Source: an uncultured bacterium (GTDB lineage: Bacteria > Actinomycetota > Acidimicrobiia > Spongiisociales > ZC4RG35). Taken from it: a DNA stretch of 64,000 nt. The notes under the pieces are model-generated. The model searched no databases. It was not told where the DNA came from and saw only the letters and a program-made list of their open reading frames with translations. This document shows, piece by piece, positions 59,363 to 64,000 of this stretch; positions within the stretch are counted from its first letter, which is position 1, and the number at the start of each line of letters is the position of its first letter. The DNA lies in contig CAWBVW010000001.1 in NCBI GenBank assembly GCA_963792365.1, positions 912,592 through 976,591 on the forward strand. The letters are read 5' to 3'. Made by a program: the position numbers and the translations under genes.

Positions 59363-60754
59363 TCAACCGCCGATGGCGGCCACGTACTGTGCCACGAGAT
59401 TGCGGTGAGCTTCGCGCACCACCTCTGTGTCGAGCTTCATCCTGAGCCCGTCCACGAACAGGTCGGCGAACTGGTCCCGGGCGTTCGCCTCGACCCAATC
59501 CCGGTATCCAGCGACACCCGGGCCACTGGAAGGATCATTGAACTCGACCGGTGCACCGTCGGGGAAGTCGATACTCCAGATATAGCCATCAGCTCCGTTC
59601 CACAAGGTGACGATCTGGTCACTGATCGTCCCTGGCTCGAGACCAGACACGGCCCGTTCCACACATCGAACCTGCGTTTCGCCGACGACGGTGCAGTCAC
59701 GCTCATGCTGCATTCCGGTTACGGCCCCGAACCACGAGGTCTCGGCGTCCTGCCCACTCACATAACCGGACATCGGATGGAAGATCGCCTCGTATCCAGC
59801 CACATCTCCTGTATCGAACCGCTCCTGGAACGTGGCAACCACGTCGAGGAGAGGCGTGTCGGCAGGCAACGCCTGCTCTGCACGCGGTCCGGTCGATGTG
59901 AGGAAGAACGGCACGAATTGGCGGTGACCCGCTCTGGCATCCTCCGTGTCGAGCTTCATGGTGAGCCCGTCGATGAACAACTCGGCGAACGCATCAGGGT
60001 TGATCCGCTCGAGCCAATCTCGATATGCAGCGACCCCTGGACCGTTGGTCGGATCGAAGAACTCGGTGGGCGCCGCGTCGGACACCTCGACCGAGGAGAT
60101 GTAGCCGTCGGCTCCGTTCCAGAGCGTCGTGTACTCGTCACTCGCCGCACCGGGCTCGAGGCCAGACACGACTCGCTCCAGGCAGCGAACCTGGGTGTCG
60201 CTCACCACCTCACAGTCACGCTCATGCTGCAGCCCGGTGACGGCCCCGAACCAAGAGGCTTGGGCGTCGGAGCCACTCACGTATCCCGAGGCGGGATCGA
60301 AGATCGCCTCGTACCCGGACACGTCACCGAGGTCGAAGCGCGCTTGGAACACTCTGACCACCTCGAAGAGCGGTGTATCGGCGGACAGGGCGCCGGCCGC
60401 ACGCGCGGCCACCGTCGTCGAGGTGGGTGCAGGCGTGGTCGTTGCAGATGTGTCGGCAACCGGCTGACGGTCGTTTCCTGTATCGAAACTGGTGGTGATC
60501 GCGAACACAAGGGCGATAGCCATCGCAGCGGCGATGGCGATGAGCGGTCCACGGCCACGTCGCCAGCCGTCTCTGGGCTCGTGACGCGGGTCGCTGGGTG
60601 GGCGGCGGGTCGTCGTGTCGGTCATTGCGGTGTTCCTCTCGTCGATGCGTGCGAGGAGTTCAGCTGAGGACAGCGCGCCGTCCGGGAGCGAGTCTGGCGA
60701 CGGGACTGCGTTGGCAGACTCGATCAGCTCCACGATTGCGTTCATGTCGGTCAT
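59363..60754 (-). CDS. membrane-anchored anti-sigma-factor-like protein with internally duplicated extracytoplasmic domain
   Basis: Start overlaps the ECF sigma gene stop; N-terminal cytoplasmic segment, single TM (LIAIAAAMAIALVFAITT), then two about 165-aa repeats at about 70% identity. Confidence 0.7.
   Translation of the reverse strand: MTDMNAIVELIESANAVPSPDSLPDGALSSAELLARIDERNTAMTDTTTRRPPSDPRHEPRDGWRRGRGPLIAIAAAMAIALVFAITTSFDTGNDRQPVADTSATTTPAPTSTTVAARAAGALSADTPLFEVVRVFQARFDLGDVSGYEAIFDPASGYVSGSDAQASWFGAVTGLQHERDCEVVSDTQVRCLERVVSGLEPGAASDEYTTLWNGADGYISSVEVSDAAPTEFFDPTNGPGVAAYRDWLERINPDAFAELFIDGLTMKLDTEDARAGHRQFVPFFLTSTGPRAEQALPADTPLLDVVATFQERFDTGDVAGYEAIFHPMSGYVSGQDAETSWFGAVTGMQHERDCTVVGETQVRCVERAVSGLEPGTISDQIVTLWNGADGYIWSIDFPDGAPVEFNDPSSGPGVAGYRDWVEANARDQFADLFVDGLRMKLDTEVVREAHRNLVAQYVAAIGG
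59374..60379 (-). repeat. in-frame tandem duplication (2 x about 495 bp) inside the anti-sigma-like gene
   Basis: Protein repeats ADTPLFEVVRVFQARFDLGDVSGYEAIFDPASGYVSG... and ADTPLLDVVATFQERFDTGDVAGYEAIFHPMSGYVSG... map to about 59884-60379 and 59374-59869. Confidence 0.75.
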
Positions 60755-61326
60755 CAGACAACCTCCCCGGACTCGGTCGAGGGGGGACTGCTCAGTGCGG
60801 CTCGCCGGCCGCCCTTCAGGATCTTCGATAGCTTCTTCAGCGCCCTCGTGTAACGGGCTTCAACGGCACGATGCGTGATGCCGAGGATCGTGCCGATCGC
60901 CTCATTCGAAAGGCCCTCCCACACCTTGAGGCGAACCAATTCCTGATCGTCCGGGCGGAGCGCGCTGATCGCAGCCAGCACCTCACGCTGTGCCTCGTTC
61001 CGGAGAACGACGACCTCGGGGCCGTCGACATCCTCGACAGCCAAAGCTGCATGGCGGACGGCGAGAGCCATGCTCCGCCGGCCGCTCCGCTGCAGGTTCC
61101 GAACAACGTTGCGCGCCACGCCATAGAGCCACAAGAGCGCCTCGTCCCGGCCCGGCACCTGGTCGGGTCGTCGAAGTGCCACCAGGAATATCTCCGCTAC
61201 GGCCTCGTTGGCGTCTTCGACAGGGAGCCTGCGCATGCAGTAGGCCAGCAGAGTCCGGTGGTGCGCGTCGAACAACGCCCTGAAATCATGATTTGTCGTC
61301 GAGGCAGCCGTCACGCGACGCTCCAC
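60754..61326 (-). CDS. ECF-type RNA polymerase sigma-70 family factor
   Basis: Region 2 (..AEIFLVALRR..) and region 4 HTH (LSNEAIGTILGITHRAVEARYTRALKKL) of ECF sigma factors. Confidence 0.85.
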   Translation of the reverse strand: MERRVTAASTTNHDFRALFDAHHRTLLAYCMRRLPVEDANEAVAEIFLVALRRPDQVPGRDEALLWLYGVARNVVRNLQRSGRRSMALAVRHAALAVEDVDGPEVVVLRNEAQREVLAAISALRPDDQELVRLKVWEGLSNEAIGTILGITHRAVEARYTRALKKLSKILKGGRRAALSSPPSTESGEVV

Positions 61327-61754
61327 TCTGGTGCTTGCAACCTACATGTCCGAACCCTCCTCGAACCCTCAGAATTTTCTTGTGAGGGGTGGAGCCTGAT
61401 GCGGACACATACGGGTTGCACGATCGGGCATGGGGACGGACTGCCCCAGGAACGAGGAAGGCCCCGGAGTACACCGGGGCCTTCCTCATGGTCGCATGAC
61501 CCGCCAGCAAACCATCATCGCAGTCATGCGGAGAACCCGTGAGTTTCCCAGGTGCGGGTGTGGCACCGCACTGCAACAGTTGCCCGGGCACCCACGCTCT
61601 GAGTTTCCGGGGTTTCCTGTCGCGCTTTGCTGCGAAGGGGTTGGTGCCGTAGGCGAGGCTGGACGCTGGTCCGTCGCAGGTACTGGAGCGTGCCGCCAGG
61701 CACGTTCGATACACTCGGAGATGAGCCCCACCTTTCGCGACTGGAGCGGCCCCC

Positions 61755-62366
61755 ATGATGCGCGCCTTGTGCCGAGCGTTCCTCCGCCTGACGGGATGGA
61801 AGGTGGTCGGCGGCCCTCCTGACGCTCCCAAATGTGTGGTGATCGCAGCGCCTCACACGTCCAACTGGGACCTCGTCTTCATGTTGGCCATGGCCGGCGC
61901 TCTGGGCATCCGCGTCTCATGGATGGGCAAAGACACGATCTTCCGTGCTCCGTTCGGATCGATCATGCGTCGGCTCGGCGGCATCCCCGTTCGCCGCCAG
62001 GCCGCCCACAACGTCGTCGAGCAGATGGTGGACGAATTCGGGGCAACCGATCGCCTGCTGCTGGCGATACCGGCCGAGGGGACCCGGTCGAGGACGGACC
62101 ACTGGAAGTCCGGCTTCTATCACATCGCACGAGGCGCCAACGTACCGGTGGTGCCCTCCTACCTCGACTACGGCCGCAAGCAGGGCGGATTCGCTCCGCC
62201 GATCGTGCTCACGGGCGACATCTCCGCCGACATGGACAGATTCCGAGCCGTCTATGCGGGCGTGACCGGAAAGCGGCCAACCGACCAGGGCCCCGTCCGC
62301 TTGCGCGAGGAGATGGGCGACGACCCGTCGACCACCCCGACCCTCGACGGCCCGGCAACCGACTGA
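61755..62366 (+). CDS. lysophospholipid acyltransferase, PlsC family
   Basis: PHTSNWD (HxxxxD) and IPAEGTR motifs. Confidence 0.8.
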   Translation: MMRALCRAFLRLTGWKVVGGPPDAPKCVVIAAPHTSNWDLVFMLAMAGALGIRVSWMGKDTIFRAPFGSIMRRLGGIPVRRQAAHNVVEQMVDEFGATDRLLLAIPAEGTRSRTDHWKSGFYHIARGANVPVVPSYLDYGRKQGGFAPPIVLTGDISADMDRFRAVYAGVTGKRPTDQGPVRLREEMGDDPSTTPTLDGPATD

Positions 62367-62436
62367 CCACTGCGGCAAACGCGCGCACGGCACTGTGCTA
62401 CGACCCAGTCGGGTGCGTACTCTCGAAGGTCAACAT

Positions 62437-64000
62437 GCAGCCAGCGCGCAAGGTGATCGGAGCGAGTCTGCTCGTGGCGGTGTTCATCACCATCGGTACC
62501 TTCGCAGCACACGCCCAGACAACGGCGTCTCCCGGCGGAACCTTCTTCGACGACGACGGCGACGTCTTCGAAGGCGCCATCGAGGCGATCGTCGGTGAGG
62601 GCATCACCGTCGGATGCAACCGGTCCGGGTCCTTCTATTGCCCCGACTCGTACGTCACGCGCTACGAGATGGCGACGTTCCTGACACGGGCGACCGGTCT
62701 CACACCGGTCGACCCGATCGACTTCACGGACGTTGGTGGCGTCCACGCCCGCAGCGTCGGTGCCCTCGAATCTGCCGGGTGGGTGAAGGGCTGCAACCCG
62801 CCCGAGAACACCGAGTTCTGCGGCGACCGCGCAGTCAATCGCGGCGAAATGGCAGCGATGCTGGTCCGCGCCTTCAGGCTCGATGCAACCGCGCAGAACC
62901 GTTTCGTCGACGACGACGGCTCGGTGTTCGAGACCGACATCGACGCGCTTGCCTTCGCCGGTATCGCAAAAGGCTGTGATCCGCCCGCCAACACTCGCTA
63001 CTGCCCCGACGAGCCTGTCACCCGTGCCCAGATGGCGGGCTTCCTCACACGGGCGCTACATCTTCGAGCGCCTTCTCCCTCCGATCCGTTCGACGGCCGG
63101 ATGGTGGTCGGCTCGCCCGGCGCCGGCTTCGGGCTCAACGAGCTGGCCACGCTCGACGGCACGCGGGTCCCGCGGGACGTCCTGTCGAATTGGGTGTGGC
63201 AGCCGACCTTGTCGCCGGACGCAGCCACCATCGCCTACATCGACCTCTTTCGCCTGTGCCCGAACGGCAATCCGAAGTCGCAAGGCTGCAGCAGACGTCT
63301 GTTCGCGATCCCCTTCTCAGGCGGACCCGAGCGACAGCTCACTCCCGACTGGCTCGACGTGGCGTACTACTACGACGCCACCTACGCCTGGTCGGAGGAT
63401 GGCTCGAGCATCTGGTTCTCGGCCAAAGAGGACGGCGCAACGTCGCTGTGGTCGGTCGACGTCCAAACGGCCTCACTGATCCGAATCATCACCTTGAGCG
63501 GCGACGTAGGCGTTGTGTGGTCGCCACGAGGCGCGGCAGCGGCGGTCTCGCAAGACCAGCAGAAGATCTCGGTGATCGACCCGAAGGGTGCAGAGGTGGC
63601 CTCCTTCTCTCACTCAGATACCACGTTTGACCTCGTCAGATGGTCTGCCGACGGCCGCCTGCTTGCATACCTCTCGAGCGGAACCAGCGACGCCGTCGAG
63701 AGCACGGGCATCTCTTCCATCGTCGTGGCCGACCCGACGAACGGAACGGAGACCACCGTTGCACAGGTCGGACACGTGACGAACCTGGCCTGGTCACCAG
63801 ACGGGACATCGATCGCCTATGTCGAGGTCGACGAATCCACGACCGGAGACACCGTACGTGTGGTGAACGCGACCGGCGGCGAACCGGAGACGATCGTCGG
63901 CCTACCGGGGGGCGCCAGCGGCACACTTGAATGGTCACCTGATGGCACCGGTGTCGCCTTCGTGTGGGACTCCAACGGCATCGAGGACCCCCTCCTCCGC
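62437..64000 (+). CDS. secreted SLH-domain protein with C-terminal PD40/TolB-type beta-propeller repeats (3'-partial)
   Basis: Signal peptide ASLLVAVFITIGTFAAHAQ; three SLH-like repeats (F.DDDG.VFE..I.A....GI..GC...YCPD..VTR..MA.FL.RA); repeated WSPDG blades; runs off the window. Confidence 0.7.

Noticed and set aside
59276-60667. 463-aa plus-strand ORF over the anti-sigma-like gene
   Set aside because: Mirror image of the minus-strand gene, including its tandem repeat; the minus strand is supported by ECF-sigma coupling and TM/repeat logic
1-64000. CRISPR arrays, rRNA genes, additional tRNAs
   Set aside because: No short regularly spaced direct repeats, no rRNA-like conserved stretches and no further cloverleaf candidates were seen on manual reading. 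The second tRNA-like string at 10706-10752 is only a 3' half (attR).

Overview
High-GC (about 68%) chromosomal window, most likely Actinomycetota (possibly Acidimicrobiia-like; the taxon call is tentative). It suggests this through SARP and LuxR regulators, an F420/LLM oxidoreductase, a LigD polymerase domain, an ECF sigma factor and lipoprotein signals. The left 11 kb is an accessory region. A tRNA-Lys(UUU) gene (1297-1369) is followed by a tyrosine integrase, a small excisionase and about 9 kb of cargo. That cargo holds a Cap12/PycTIR-type TIR-like protein plus a small partner, a SEC-C-motif protein, a DUF433 protein, a large lipoprotein, two excisionase-family HTH genes and a Fic protein with an overlapping partner. 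The cargo ends in a 47-bp direct repeat of the tRNA 3' half (10706-10752). Right after this attR lies a degenerate second copy of the tRNA-flank plus integrase 3' end, so an older degraded island appears to sit in tandem. A 490-bp duplicate of the fic 3' end and its partner's 5' end at 17.5-18.0 kb supports this. Other notable genes: (1) a 1289-aa SARP winged-helix/BTAD + STAND P-loop + transmembrane + BMP-family binding-domain protein; (2) an HD-GYP/LuxR regulator; (3) a jacalin-like/MACPF pore-forming-like protein coupled to an HhH protein with an acidic tail; (4) a CoxSML/XDH-type molybdo-enzyme operon; (5) a ComDE-like TPP-decarboxylase / oxidoreductase / aldehyde dehydrogenase operon; (6) a minus-strand trio of a prenyltransferase-like alpha/alpha-toroid protein, a TIR / coiled-coil / tandem Tudor-like protein and a stand-alone LigD polymerase domain; (7) a family-A DNA polymerase with a 3'-5' exonuclease domain, no 5' nuclease and an internal insertion; (8) an RHH-PIN toxin-antitoxin pair; (9) a DMGDH-like FAD oxidoreductase fused to a GcvT domain; (10) an ECF sigma factor with a membrane anti-sigma-like protein carrying an internal tandem duplication; (11) an SLH plus PD40 beta-propeller protein running off the right edge. 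No CRISPR array or rRNA was seen. At least seven genes show apparent single-nucleotide frameshifts, which may be assembly indels or real decay. The ORF-track coordinates were used; my own base indexing may be off by up to 3 nt in places.
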